From the NCBI RefSeq assembly GCF_964213995.1, contig NC_135803.1, positions 9,982,001 through 10,046,000 on the forward strand: a stretch of 64,000 bases of DNA, given 5' to 3'. Every line of letters starts with the position of its first letter. The stretch's first letter is position 1. The translations under genes and the position numbers were made by a program. Shown here piece by piece: positions 1 to 12,536 of this stretch. Source of the stretch: Mustelus asterias (Eukaryota). The notes beneath the pieces were generated by a model. The model was not told the DNA's origin. It worked only from the letters and a program-made list of their open reading frames with translations, and searched no databases.

Positions 1-514
1 ATTCATTGTAATGCTCAAATTTGCTGTAAGTCCCCTTAGAATAAGACCAGACATAAAATTGTGTCAAGTATGCATAACTCATAGCAAATAATGCGACCTA
101 ATGAAAGCGCCACTCTCGCACCTAAAATTCATCTTTAAATATGAAAGCTACACTTTCAACTCGCTCAACAGCTACCCAAACTTACCAGACACACCCGACA
201 AAAAACCTGCAATTAGGGAAGCTTTTAGAGTTTTCAAACAGTAAATTACACTGAATCCATACAAATGCTTGAATTCAGTGTGAGTTCCAGTGAGGATAGA
301 CTTTAAAATTTCAATAGAACACGAGAAAGCTAACGTTCTTTCATGGTGCGCCTGGACATCTGATGGCAATTCTAAGAAAGACTGGAAGCAAATGCAACTT
401 AAGGAAACTCAAATATTAGGTTTTGGAGCGGCGACCGTTTTATGGCCGGGTTTGAGTTTGTGTGGAAGGATCATCCTGGTTGTTTGTATATATTAAACTT
501 TAAGTTTGCTGTCA

Positions 515-870
515 CAGTTAAAGTTTATTAGTCTCAAGTAGACATTAACACTGCAGTGAAGATACAGTGAAAATCCGCTAGTCGCCACTCTGCTGGGTAC
601 ACTGAGGGAGAATTGAGCGTGGCCAATGTACCTAACCAGCACGTCTTTCGGACTGCAGGAGAAAACCGGAGCACCCGGAGGAAACACAGACAGACACGGA
701 GAGGACATGCAGACTCCGCACAGACAGTGGGGCGAATTTTACCGTCCCGTCTGCCGGGGAATCGGAGCCAGCGGTGGACCGTTCAAAGGTCCGTTGACCT
801 CGGGCGGCATTTTCCAGTTTCGGGGCGGGCGAGGGCGGAAAATCCCACTCACCAGTGACCCAAGCCTGGA
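515..870 (-). mobile_element. tRNA-derived V-SINE (HE1-like head, alternative tail), interrupted by a MITE-like insert
   Basis: Contains the reverse complement of the HE1-type core (ccggagcacccggaggaaac, gcagactccgcacagacagtgaccc). The tail matches copies at 26785, 30955 and 62655. Confidence 0.8.
729..850. mobile_element. Short GC-rich MITE-like element (about 120 bp) nested in the SINE
   Basis: Imperfect terminal inverted repeats ggggcgaatttt / aaaatcccactc. It splits the SINE at cagtg. The core aaaggtccgttgacctcgggcgg recurs at 27411 and 63264. Confidence 0.6.
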
Positions 871-1569
871 GTCGATCGTGACACCATGTCACCCCCAGTT
901 CAGTTTAAAATGGTTGGTAAACAATTTAAGTATGTAAATCCAAATATTTGAGAATGGCGTTGTGACCCACTTATCAGTTATTAAGTATTTCATGTAAATA
1001 AATTCAATGGTACAGGCAACATTACAATTAAACATTAACCAGAAGTGTTTATATTGTGACATTTACAGTAAAACAGCGAGGCAAAGGATCAGTGAACATG
1101 GGCGTCTTGTTGCAAACATTACTCACTCCCCACATTCCGTCCAATAATGGCTTTGCGTTGCGATTACCCCTGTCTCTGGGCACAAATACGGAGGAAATTG
1201 TAGGCCTGGTTTTCAAATTAACTCGTGTGTAATTCACCTTTGTAGAAAGATGCGTGGTAAGAGAGCTTGTATTTCTCGTGTGATTTATTTTCCACCGTTA
1301 GTGTAGCAGCTCAAACCTGGTCGGGTTTCCCTGAAGCTTTTCAACTATCAGCAAGTTAATTTCCATCTGGAACGGTTTAATTAGTTTCCTTATTGTTCCG
1401 TAGCAATTATCATTGAACTGGTGGTAAAACAACCCCCAGTTGTATTTGTGCGTGCGCGCGAGTGCAGTGTGTAATCTTCAAGTTCCTTAACTGAGAACGC
1501 ATTAATGCGGCGTTCTTTGGGGACTTTGAGCCATTGAAGGTCGCGTGGTTTTCAGTGAATTCGGTCACA

Positions 1570-1575
1570 TATAAA
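1570..1575 (+). promoter_or_regulatory. Candidate TATA box of V2R gene A
   Basis: TATAAA about 45 nt upstream of the ATG. Genes B and B' have TATATAAG at a similar distance (23804, 59784). Confidence 0.35.
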
Positions 1576-1618
1576 GCAGGTTGGCGGTGCTGTGAGAGAA
1601 CGGTAGTCGCTTCTCGCA

Positions 1619-1833
1619 ATGTATCGCCTTTTTCTGTGTTGTTTTTCATTGTTCCTCCTTGCTCCCGTGCGTTTGATGAAGATTCCAACATGTCAGCCTT
1701 GGGGGACCGATGATTTGCTCGGCTTATCGAAGGGCGGCGACATTCTTCTGGGCGGAATTTTCAGCGTGCATGCTAGCGTCGAGTCTCAGGATCTTTCCTT
1801 TGAAATTCCGTCAAAAGCGATTCAATGCAAGAC
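1619..1833 (+). CDS. V2R gene A exon 1 (signal peptide and start of Venus flytrap domain)
   Basis: Hydrophobic N-terminus, [12 protein letters not shown] motif, phase-2 donor gtgagt at 1834. Confidence 0.9.
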
Positions 1834-3144
1834 GTGAGTGGAACCTTATCACCGGCGGAAGTATTTTAAGCTAAATCAGAGTGTTGTTTGATATTTCAGC
1901 TCCTGGCGCGCGTCTGATAAGCGACATCGCTTAATCGTGGCCAGTTGCTTTGTTAATGAAAATGCACGAAATGTGTGAATATGTTTGTTTATGGATGAAT
2001 AGGTACTTCGCATGTATCCGTTTATTGCTGATTCATTAGCACCTACTTAGCGACATAAGCTTTCTTCAGGATCAGTTGCCTTGAAGACAGTTTCAAGGTG
2101 CCCAGATTGATGCTAATCTGAATGTAAGGTGAAGCAAGAAATATCTGGATGGAAATTTTAAATGTAAGTGCTTCCAATGATGAGGCAACTCAGATGTTAA
2201 ATCGCCTTAAATTAATTTGGCGAAGATCAATTGTCAGTTCAAGCCAAAATGGGATGCAATGTCAGCTTGGATCTTATTTGTCTGTCTTGACCTTCGATTG
2301 GATTCAATTGGATTTTGAATTTGGTTTTTGGAGTAAGCAAGGAATGGATTCGAGTTCGCCCTGTCGATTCTGAACCTTGGCTTTGTAACTTTAAGGATGG
2401 AGCATTTTTCTTTAAAGAAAATGCCTTAATTCCCACGCAAAAACTGGAAGTCCCTTTCCGCGTTACCTTGCAAAGTTTAAGATACTTCCGAAAGATTAAA
2501 TTCTTAATGATTGAAATTTCATCTTAATAATAAAGCGTCTATTATTTATCAAAGCTCGGCGTCATACATTCTAGGTGCCGCCATTAGTTCCATTGCATTA
2601 AAAAGTAAGTTAAGTGCAGCAACACGAATGGTGATGTGTTTAGATCTTACTCCTTTTTTGCTGGCGTTGCTTATAGATAGAAGTATAAAATGTGAATGAC
2701 ATTAGCGAAGGACTCGGCTGTCACCGACTATATGGACCAACGTAATTTGGAATATCCGTGACTTTTGAAGCACTTGACACAGTTCAATACGACAAATTGA
2801 AAAGTTTAGCGTCTAATTTTCCAAACAGGGTTGGGCGGTATTGACACTGGTATTGCTTTCATCTATTTCTACTCAAATTCAGCAAAACTATTGGACAAGT
2901 CAGCGGCTTCAGTTCACAAATAGCAATGTCTGAATGGTGCTTTGGCGATGTTACTTAAAACATTGTCCTTGAACACTTGTCGCCTTTTTTGTTTGTTCCT
3001 CGTCAGTATGTTATGGAGTGAGTTTTGAAAATTTGTATATCGAGTACATTTTGGTCGTAATGCATTAAAGGTTCTTGTATTGCATTTACGTGTAATTGAT
3101 ATGTTTCCTTCACCGAACTAAAACTGTACTTGCCTTCTTCGCAG

Positions 3145-3436
3145 CTTTCGGCACAGACTCTTTCGCTTTGTAATGGCGATGGTTTTTGCTATAGAGGAAA
3201 TCAACAAGGATCCACAGTTGCTTCCAAATGTGACCCTGGGTTATCGAATATACGATTCCTGTGGCAATCCTCCAGTATCTATAAAAGCAGCCTTTGACTT
3301 TTTAAACAGACTGGGGAAAATAGCACCCGATTTTACCTGCAAAAGAGCACCTGACGTTTCAGCCATCATTGGAGATTCGGGATCCTCGCAGTCCATAGCC
3401 ATCGCCAACTTAATCAGTCCTTTCAGAGTCCCAATG
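3145..3436 (+). CDS. V2R gene A exon 2
   Basis: [29 protein letters not shown] and AIIGDSGSSQS motifs; 292 nt, the same size as in B and B'. Confidence 0.93.
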
Positions 3437-4404
3437 GTAAAATATATGAAGAAGCATATCATCTAAATTATGGACTAGGAATAGAATATTAATATGCGTA
3501 CAAGAAACTTACGTTATTTCTAAAATTGATTTCCATAAAGTTTAACGCTTTGCCTACAAATAAGAAATATGAAACTAATAACTGTGAATATTGTCAGTAT
3601 TTAAAATATAATTGATAGTTTTTTAATTTCAATTAATACATTTGTAGTTTGACAGATATTTTCAATTCTATATTTCAAGTTATAAAATTGATCAGATTAT
3701 TCTTACGGTTGTTGCCAAATCTTTATAATTTTGCGGTTCTGGAATGCTAATTTACAAAACTAACCACTGATTTATGATGCTGTTCTGTTTTTTTGATGAT
3801 GAAAATTTCGACGCCAAGGCTTGGAATGTCTGATACTATTGCGTAATTCAGATTTCCTTTCATGTATGTTAAACAGCCCTGTCTACTTTTTATCACATAT
3901 CATCATTAAGATACTCTCACTTGTATGATTCCCTTTGGATGATTGCCAGTTACGTATCTGAAATCACTGATGAGTATAATGACGTGATTGCCTGGAAATT
4001 TCTTAAGTGAGACAATTGACCTCCTCGCCTTGAGAGAAAATTCAGATTATCAGTAAAATTATATTGATTTGATTTGTGAGTTAAACAATGAAGTAATATA
4101 GGATGAGAGGGGCGTATTTATTAATGTGGGTTACATTTCCCCCGCAAACTTCACAGAAGCCTATTAATTATTCTGAAGGGGGCGGGGGAGAGCCGACAAG
4201 AAACATGTTTTACCTTTACGAAAGAATGTCACTAAAAAGCAAGAACTTAAGAATACATCTGAGGGATTCTGAAAATTTTGAAGCAAACCAATTGCCTACT
4301 ATTGTAAATTCGCATCGCCTTAGAATATTGCATATGTCAACTCTTCAATTAAAGCGATTGAAGGATTAATGGTACAATTACATGAATGACTCATGTCCTA
4401 ATGC

Positions 4405-4778
4405 GTCAGTTCCAGCTCAGTAGTTACCACTCGCTCGTCTCCAAGTCGGGTGGTTGCGGTTGTTTCGTTGTTTGAATGCGACTTTACACCGAGGGCCAAT
4501 CTGCCCTCTCATGTGGACGTAAAGATCCCACAAAGAAGAGTGGGCGAGTTTCTAAGTATCTGACCAATATCCATCCCTCAGGCTACACTTTAAATAGATG
4601 AACTGGTCATTTATTTCATTACTGCTTTCGGGTGTTTGTTGTGAACTATTTGACTGCGAGTTTTCCAATATTACAAACATAACTGCACTTCCAACAAAAA
4701 ACTTAGTTTGGCTGTAAATCGATTTGTGACGCCCTCGGCTCCTGAAAGGTACTACATGAATTCAGGTATTTCTTTCTG
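4405..4778 (+). mobile_element. Degenerate DeuSINE (SacSINE1/AmnSINE1-like)
   Basis: Deu-domain-like stretches gtggacgtaaagatccca...gaagagtgggcgagtt...ccaatatccatccctca...ctggtcatt and the tail ggctgtaaatcgatttg...gaaaggtactac. Recognised from memory of the consensus. Confidence 0.6.
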
Positions 4779-4821
4779 CTTTGATGAAGATTAATCTGAT
4801 CTTCTCCTTTGTCTCCTGTAG

Positions 4822-5657
4822 GTTAGCTACGTTTCCACCTGCGTGTGCCTGAGTAACAGGATCGAATATCCGTCCTTTTTCAGAACAATACCGAGTGATT
4901 ATTTTCAGGTGAGAGCGTTAGCCCAACTCGTCAGTCACTTTGGCTGGACGTGGATCGGGACGATTAAAAGTGACGATGACTATGGTAACTTTGGAATGCA
5001 AGCTTTCATGGAAATCGTACGCAGGTCAGGCATTTGCATCGCTTTCTCTGAGTCCTTTCATAAAACATATTCTCAGGAAAAGCTGCTCAATGTTATACAC
5101 ACCATAAAGACATCATCCACATCCGTCGTTGTGGCCTTTCTGTCTCAATCGGATATGGCTATTTTGCTCAGAGGAATAGCACAGCAAAATATCACCGGAG
5201 TGCAGTGGGTAGGAAGCGAAGCCTGGATTACAACATCTCCTCTCCCACCAGGAAAAAGCAGACGATTTATTTCTGGCGCGATTGGAATTGCAATTCGTAA
5301 AGTCAGCTTACCAGGGCTGAAAGAATTCCTGATGGACATTCACCCGGCTGTGTACCCAGGAAACCTTTTGGTGAAGGAGTTTTGGGAGAGGACATTCAAC
5401 TGTACACTAAAGAACATGGAAAACAGAACAACTGGAACTAAACCTGACTCAGTGTCCAAGCATGCACAGCAAAACAGAATCTACACACTGCCCGCAATGC
5501 ATTTACAGATGTCACTGAGTACAGAGTTACTTACAACGTATATAAAGCCACTTATGCCATAGCTCATGCTCTCCATGATATGTTTTCGTGCGAAACTGGT
5601 AAAGGGCCATTTTACAATAACAGCTGTGCAAACATTTCAAACTTTCAACCATGGCAG
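4822..5657 (+). CDS. V2R gene A exon 3 (frameshifted)
   Basis: [23 protein letters not shown] and SEAW motifs. After 5454 the homologous sequence ([17 protein letters not shown]...QPWQ) continues in another frame up to the donor at 5658. Confidence 0.9.
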
Positions 5658-5812
5658 GTAAAGAATAGTAAAGCAGTGAATGTTGTTTGCCCTTTGAGGA
5701 GATGTCTCATTTCATACAATTTCCTTTCTAAAAATGAAATATGACTTTGATACATGCATATTTGAAATAATGTACCATTGATATTTTAACCGTTCTTTTT
5801 CCGTTTATAAAG

Positions 5813-6040
5813 CTACTGCATTATCTGAAAGCAGTAAAATTCAGAACTAAGATTGGCGAAACGGTATATTTTGATGAAAATGGCGATCCAGTCCCAACCT
5901 ATGACATTGTCAACTGGCAGCCAGATGCATTTGGTGGCACGAAGATTGTAACTGTTGGATACTATGATGGATCTGCATTGCCAGGACAAGAATTCGTCAT
6001 AAGCGAAGGTGAAATAAAATGGAGTGGCTCTCAGATTATG
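5813..6040 (+). CDS. V2R gene A exon 4
   Basis: [10 protein letters not shown]...[18 protein letters not shown]; 228 nt, bounded by AG/GT. Not present in the ORF track. Confidence 0.92.
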
Positions 6041-6951
6041 GTAAGGATATTCCATTCATGACAGTATGTGGGGTGATCTCACGGCTGCTTATCCGGGTTT
6101 GTTCTCGGGTTTAGGAAGAAATCGAACCGGTAAAAGTGCCTGCACTCGTTAAGGGAACAAAGTTTCATATGTAGTTAACGATTGCCAAATACCGTTGCTC
6201 CAGAATGTATAAAGTTGTCATTTACCAACATTGGTCTAATTTGAGCTTTTCTGCGATGCGCTGTATTTCGAGTCAATGCGCTGATTAAATTAATTATCAA
6301 GTGCCCGAGGCACAATAGCTAAGACCTATGGAAATTGTAAAATATGTTCGGGTGCCAGTGGTCTGTCTCTGTTTTGCGATAACCCACCGCGACCTGATCG
6401 GCAGTGAGACGAATCAGATAACCCTTTCTACGAGCGGAAACATGCACGTGGGCTCAATGAGCTTCTTCACAAATCATAGAATAATATAACACCGAAAGCG
6501 GCCATTCGGCCCACGCTTCCTGTGACAGCGCATTGAAAGGTCTATTTAATTTTTATCGCTACTTTTCCTTCCGATCCTTGTAATTGTTTCAAGTATTTCT
6601 TCAATTCCCTTTTGAAACTTACTTCATGACTCTGCTTCGGCACAATTTCAGGCACTTTGTGAAACGCGTTCTTCTTAATTTTCTTCTGTTTTCTTTTTGC
6701 AAATCACTTTAATCTGTCCTTTCTGCCTCTGGAGGGACTCTCTCCTTATGTGCTCTATCAAAACCCTTTTGAAAAGCTTAATTTAATATTCCTTCACCTC
6801 TTTTGCATTAGGTAGAATAACTTTGGATTCTCGCGTCTCTGCCGCATATTTGAAGTCCCATCATTCTAGCGAATCCTTCTGCATCGCCTCCAAGGGCTTG
6901 ATATTCTTCCATGTGTATGTGCCCGGAATAAGGCACAATAAGCCACCCGAG

Positions 6952-7268
6952 GCGGCACGGTGGCACAGTGGTTAGCACTGCTGACCCACAGCGCCAGGGA
7001 TGCGTGTTCAATTCCACGCTCAAGTCTCTGCCTATGTGGAGTTTGCACATTCTCCCAGTTTCTGCGTGGGTTTCCTCCTGGTGATCCGGTTTCCTCCCAA
7101 AGTTCAAAGATGAACGGGTTAGGTTGATTGGCCATGCTAAATTAAACCTAAAGTCAGGGGGATGAGCGGGGTAAGTGTAAGGGATTACGGGAAATAGGGC
7201 CTGGCTGGGATTGTGGTCGGTGCAGACTCGATGGGCCGAATTCTCCTTCCGCAATGTCGGGATTCTGT
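6952..7268 (+). mobile_element. HE1-type SINE
   Basis: Head ggcggcacggtggcacagtggttagcactgctg and tail gcagactcgatgggccgaa. The orthologous copy is at 44918-45235. Confidence 0.85.
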
Positions 7269-8600
7269 GAGGCATAAACAGTGATTTATAAATGTCACGC
7301 CTAACTTCCTCACTTTTGTGCCCTACCTCTGTGTGGAAAGTCAAGTCAAGGAACCTATACGCCTCTCTGGAAGCCTTCTTAACTTACGAAAACCTCTAAC
7401 TTTTGTTAGCGTGTGCCCCAGGCTTCTCCGTTCCCGTATCAATTTAATACTTGCAACATGTAATTAATTTTGCCCTTCTTTATACATTCTATGCAATTTT
7501 TCCTTTCGCGCAGCGTGATTATATGAGTAAATAGAACCATAGAAAATTACAGCTCAGAAACAGGCCTTTTGGCCCTTCTTGTCTGTGCCGAACCATTTTT
7601 TGCCGAGTCCCACTGACCTGCACTTGGACCATATCCCTCCACACCCCTCTCATCCATGAACCCGTCCAAGTTTTTCTTAAATGTTAAAAGTGACCCCGCA
7701 TTTACCACTTTATCCGGCCTCTCATTCCACACTCCCACCACGCTCTGCGTGAAGAAGCCCTCCCTTCCCCTAATATACCCTTCAAACGTTTCTCCTTTCA
7801 CCCTTAACCCATGCGCTCTGGTTTTTCTCTCCCCTAGCCTCAGTGGAAAAAGCCTGCTTGCATTCACTCTATCTATACCCATCAAAATCTTATACACCTC
7901 TATCAAATCTCCCCTCATTCTTCTACGCTCCAGGGAGTAAAGACCCAACCTATTCAAACTCTCTCTGTAACTCAGCTTCTCAAGTCCCGGCAACATCCTT
8001 GTGAACCTTCTCTGCACTCTTTCAACCTTATTTAGATCCTTCCTGTATCTAGGTGACCAAAACTGTACACAATACTCTAAACTCGGCCTCACCAATGCCT
8101 TATATAACCTTACCATAACACTCCAACCTTTATACTCGATACTCCGATTTATAAAGGCCAATGTACCAAAGGCACTCTTTACGACGCGATCCACCTGTGA
8201 CGTCACTTTTAGGGATTCTGTACCTGTATTCCCAGATCCCTCTGTTGAACTGCACTCTTCAGATTCCTACCATTTACCCTGTACGTTCTACTTTGTTTGT
8301 CCTTCCAAAGTGCAATATCTCACACTTGTCTGCGTTAAGTTCCATTTGCCATTTTTTAGCCCATTTTTCTAGTTGGCCCAAATCCCTCTGCAAGCTTTGA
8401 AAACCTTCCTCACTGTCCACTACACCTCCAATCTTTGTATCATCAGCAAATTTGCTGATCCAATTGACCACATTATCATCCAGATCATTGATATAAATGA
8501 CTAACAACAATGGACCCAACACCGATCCCTGCGGCACACCACTAGTAACAGTTTTAACAACACCAGGTTAATGTCCAACAGGTTTATTTGGTAGCAAATA

Positions 8601-8637
8601 CCATTAGCTTTCAGAGCGCCGCTCCTTCGTCAGATGG
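8601..8637 (-). ncRNA. Minimal type-I hammerhead ribozyme (mirror copy)
   Basis: Reverse complement reads CCAU-CUGACGA-A-GGAGC(ggc)GCUCU-GAAAGCUA-AUGG. The core is intact, with one G-U pair in stem II. Confidence 0.75.
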
Positions 8638-8655
8638 AGTGGAAAGGTTTCCACT

Positions 8656-8692
8656 CCATCTGACGAAGGAGCAGCGCTCCGAAAGCTAATGG
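8656..8692 (+). ncRNA. Minimal type-I hammerhead ribozyme
   Basis: CCAU-CUGACGA-A-GGAGC(agc)GCUCC-GAA-AGCU-A/AUGG. Stem I is CCAU:AUGG, stem II is 5 bp and stem III is the palindrome AGCU. Predicted cleavage is after 8688. Confidence 0.85.
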
Positions 8693-11408
8693 TATTTGCT
8701 ACCAAATAAATCTGTTGGACTTTAACCTGGTGTTGTTAAAACTGTTACTGTGTTTACCCCAGTCCAACGCCAGCATCTCCACATCATGCACACCTCTAGT
8801 CACAGGCCTCCACTCAGGGAAGCAATCCTCCACAACCACTCTCTGGCTTCTTCCATTGAGCCAGTGTCTAATCCAATTTACTACCTCCCCATGTATCCCC
8901 AGCGACTGAACCTTCCCATGAGGGACCTTGTCAAAGGCCTTGCTGAAATCCAGGTAGACAACATCCACCGCCTTCCCTTCATCCACTTTCCTGGTAACCT
9001 CCTCGAAAATCTCTAATAGATTGGTCAAACATGACCTACCACGCACAAAGCCATGTTGACTCTCCCTAATAAGTCCCTGTCTATCCAAATATTTGTAGAC
9101 CCTATCCCTTATCACACCGTCCAATGACTTGCCCACCACCGACGTCAAACTTACTGGCCTATAATTTCCCGGATTTCTTTTGGAACCTTTTTTAAACAAC
9201 AGAACAACATGAGCCACCCTCCAATCACCCAGCACTTCCCCGTGAATACTGACATTTTAAACATGTCTGCCAGGGCCCCTGCAAGTTCAACACGAGCTTC
9301 CCTCAAGGTCCGTGGGAATACCCTTTCCGGTCCTGGGGATTTATCCACTCTGATTTGCCTCAAGACAGCAAGCACCTCCTCCCCTTTAATCTGTAAAGGT
9401 TCCATGACCTCCCTACCTTTTGCCCTATTTCCGTAGACTCCATGCCCGTTTCCTCAGTAAATACGGATGCAAAAAAACCATTTAGTATCTCCCCCACCTC
9501 TTTTAGTTCCATACACAGTCTACCACTCTGGTCTTCAAGAGGACGAATTTTATCCCTCACTATCCTTTTGCTCCTAACATACCTATAGAGGTTCTTTGGA
9601 TTTTCCTTCACTCTGTCTGGCAAAGCAACCTCATGTCTTCTTCTAGCCCTCCTGATTTCCCTCTTAAGTAGCTTCTTGCACTTTTTATACTCCTCGAGCA
9701 TCTGGTCTGTTCCTTGCTCCCTTTACATTTCATACAACTCTCTCTTCCTCTCAATCAGTGTTACAATCTCCCTCGAGAACCAAGGATCCTTATTCCTATT
9801 TACTTTGCCTTTAGTCCTGACAGGAACATACAAACTCTGCACTCTCAAAATTTCTCCTTTGAAGTCCTCCCACTTTCCATTTACATCCTTACCAGAGAAC
9901 AGCCTGTGCCAATCCACACTTCCCAGATCCCTTCTCATTTAATCAAATTTGGCCTTTTTCCAGTTCAGAACTTCAACCCGAGGACCAGAACTATCCTTAT
10001 CCATGATCAGGTTGAAACTAATGTCATTATGATCACTGGATCCAAAATATTCCCTCACACTCACATCCATCACCTGTCCTAACTCGCTTCCCAATAGGAG
10101 ATCCAATATCACATCTTCTCTAGTTTGCACCTCCATAGGCTGATGTAGAAAATTTTCCTGAACACATTTTACAAACTCTACCCCGTCTAAACCTTTAACA
10201 GTATGCGAGCCCCAATCCATATGTGGAAAATTAAAATCCCCTACTATCACAACTTTGTGTTTCTTGCAGTTGTCAGTTATCTCTCTGCTGATTTGCTCCT
10301 CCAATTCTCGCTGACTATTGGGTGGTCTATAATACAACCCCATTAATGTGGTCATACCTTTCCTGTTTCTCAGCTCCACCCATAGGGCCTCTGTAGACAA
10401 GCTCCCTAATCTATCCTGCCTGAATACCGCTGTAACATTTTCCCTGACGAACAATGCCACCCCCCGCCCCACCTTTTATCCCTCTGCCCCTATCCCGCCT
10501 GAAACATTGGAACCCTGGAACATTGAGCTGCCAGTTCTGCCCCTCCTCTAGCCAAGTTTGACTAATGGCTATAATGTCATATTTCCATGTGTCTATCCAC
10601 GCCTTCAGCTCATCTGCCTTCCCCATAATACTCCTGGCATTGAAATAGACACACCTCAAAAGGTTATTTCCACCACACTCAACCCTTCCATTGGTGATTT
10701 TGCTTGAACTAACCTGTCTTTTTACCCCTGCTCCACTATCTTCTCTGGCACTCTGATTCCCATTCCCCTGCAAATCTAGTTTAAACGCTCTCCAATAACA
10801 GTAGCAAACCTCCCTGCAAGTATAATGGTCCCCTTGTCGTTTAGGTGTCACCCGACTCTTTTGTACAGGTCCCACCTGCCCCAGACGAGGTCCCAATGAT
10901 CCAAGAGTCGGAAACCCTGCCCCCTACACCAGTTTCTCAGCCACGTGTTCATCCGCCCAAGCATCCTACTCCTACCCTCACTGGCACGTGATGTCATCAA
11001 TTACCCTAGAACCCAAGGGGATTTGAGCTTTGGAGTGTGGGGTGGATGGAACCAAGCAGAGACCGGGCAACTGATCCTATTTCAGTGACTCACTCTGGCC
11101 AGTGACCTCGCTTTGCACTTAGATCTTGGGCTGAAATAGCTTGCTAGCAATTGCTGCATGGGTTCACATTCGGGGACTAACTATCAGAAGAAATAAGAGA
11201 AGGAGCAGCCAGGAGATGGCGCCCAAGAACAAATCAACATCTTTCAGAAAGGAAAGGGGAGGAAGATGGGGCTAATATGCATTCAGGATTCCCTGATCAC
11301 ACTCCCACGAGGAATATCCACCCATTCACCCTTAAAGGCAATGAATGTTAAGGGACTAAAAACAAAATACAAGATGACTATCTATTGCATTTTATTCTCT
11401 AAAACAAG

Positions 11409-11532
11409 GTTCCAAAAGCAGTTTGCTCCGATCCCTGTCCTAATGGAACAAGAAGGGCAGCAATAAAAGGTCAACCCATTTGCTGCTTTGACTGCATACG
11501 CTGTGCTGAGGGTGAAATAAGCAACACGACTG
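11409..11532 (+). CDS. V2R gene A exon 5 (cysteine-rich NCD3G domain)
   Basis: [41 protein letters not shown]; 124 nt. Confidence 0.93.
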
Positions 11533-11643
11533 GTAAGAATAAGCAGGAGTACGCATGTTACAAATAATTTAGCTACGATTCATCTCCGAATATGGAATGA
11601 TTTGAATCATGTCACTTTCAGTTTCGACTGTGTTTGTCTTTAG

Positions 11644-12536
11644 ACTCAACAGAATGCATTCGCTGTCCGATGGAATACCGGTCTAATGCTCACAGAGACC
11701 AATGCATACCGAAGCAAATTCAGTTTCTTTCCTTTGAGGAAATCATGGGGATTATTTTGGTCTCGCTCGCATTACTTGGAGCTTGCATTAGTATAATTGT
11801 CCTTGTAACGTTCTACCTTCACAGAAACACACCTATTGTTAAGGCGAATAACTCGGAGTTGAGCTTTTTGCTTCTTATCGCGTTAACGCTTTGTTTTTTG
11901 TGCTCAGTGACATTCATCGGAGAACCTTCAGGCTGGTCCTGTGCATTACGCCATGTAGCATTTGGTATTACATTTGTTCTTTGCATTTCTTGCGTTCTGT
12001 GCAAAACAATTGTTGTGGTGATGGCATTCAATGCAACGCTTCCGAACAACAATCTCATGAAGTGGTTTGGACCCACACAACAGCGTTTAACTGTTTTAGT
12101 TCTAGCACTTGTACAAAGTTTAATATGTGCTGTCTGGCTAACTCTATCGCCACCCCATCCTGAAAAAAACAGTGACTATTTTAAGGAGATAATTGTCTAT
12201 GAATGCCATGTAGGGTCTGCAATAGCCTTTTACTGTGTATTAGGTTACATTGGATTTCTGTCTTGCGTGTGTTTTGTGGCTGCCTTTCTAGCTCGAAAAC
12301 TTCCTGATAATTTCAACGAAGCGAAACACATCACTTTTAGTATGCTTATCTTTTGTGCCGTTTGGATAACTTTCATTCCAGCGTATGTAAGTTCTCCTGG
12401 GAAATATACTGTTGCGGTAGAAATATTTGCCATTCTGTCCTCCAGTTTTGGTTTGCTGGTTTGCATTTTTGCGCCTAAATGTTATATTATCCTTCTGAGA
12501 CAAGAAATGAATACGAAGAAATGCTTGATGGGTTAA
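11644..12536 (+). CDS. V2R gene A exon 6 (class C 7TM domain)
   Basis: [37 protein letters not shown] and FAPKCY motifs. Confidence 0.95.

Larger units (their letters stand above)
8547..8787. mobile_element. Non-coding palindromic Penelope-like (pseudo-LTR) insertion inside the CR1 RT region
   Basis: 102-bp inverted arms 8544-8645 and 8648-8749 plus a 38-nt tail. TSD gcacacc(a/t)ctagt at 8534-8546 and 8788-8800. The arms match the ends of the PLE at 42466-44513. Confidence 0.9.
7531..10990 (-). mobile_element. CR1-clade (HER1-like) LINE, 5'-truncated: end of ORF1, APE endonuclease, RT; several stops and frameshifts
   Basis: Minus-strand peptides [55 protein letters not shown]. Absent from the paralogous intron at about 45830. 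Confidence 0.95.
1619..12536 (+). pseudogene. V2R/OlfC (CaSR-like class C GPCR) gene A, six exons; probable pseudogene (or assembly error)
   Basis: Exons 1619-1833, 3145-3436, 4822-5657, 5813-6040, 11409-11532 and 11644-12536, all with GT-AG boundaries. Exon 3 is 836 nt with a 1-bp deletion near 5454. TAA at 12534 replaces the AAA seen in the paralog. Confidence 0.7.

Noticed and set aside
5440-5470. Programmed ribosomal frameshift in gene A
   Set aside because: No slippery heptamer, and the paralogs are in frame; a simple deletion or error is more likely.
6952-7025. tRNA-like A/B boxes
   Set aside because: These are SINE heads; no complete cloverleaf.
6808-7344. Recurrent ORFs with [13 protein letters not shown] or GFPPGAPVSSH peptides
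   Set aside because: Translations of SINE copies, not a protein family.
8544-8749. Possible pre-miRNA, CRISPR repeat or terminator
   Set aside because: The arms match PLE pseudo-LTR ends and have a TSD. There is no repeat-spacer array, and the context is vertebrate.
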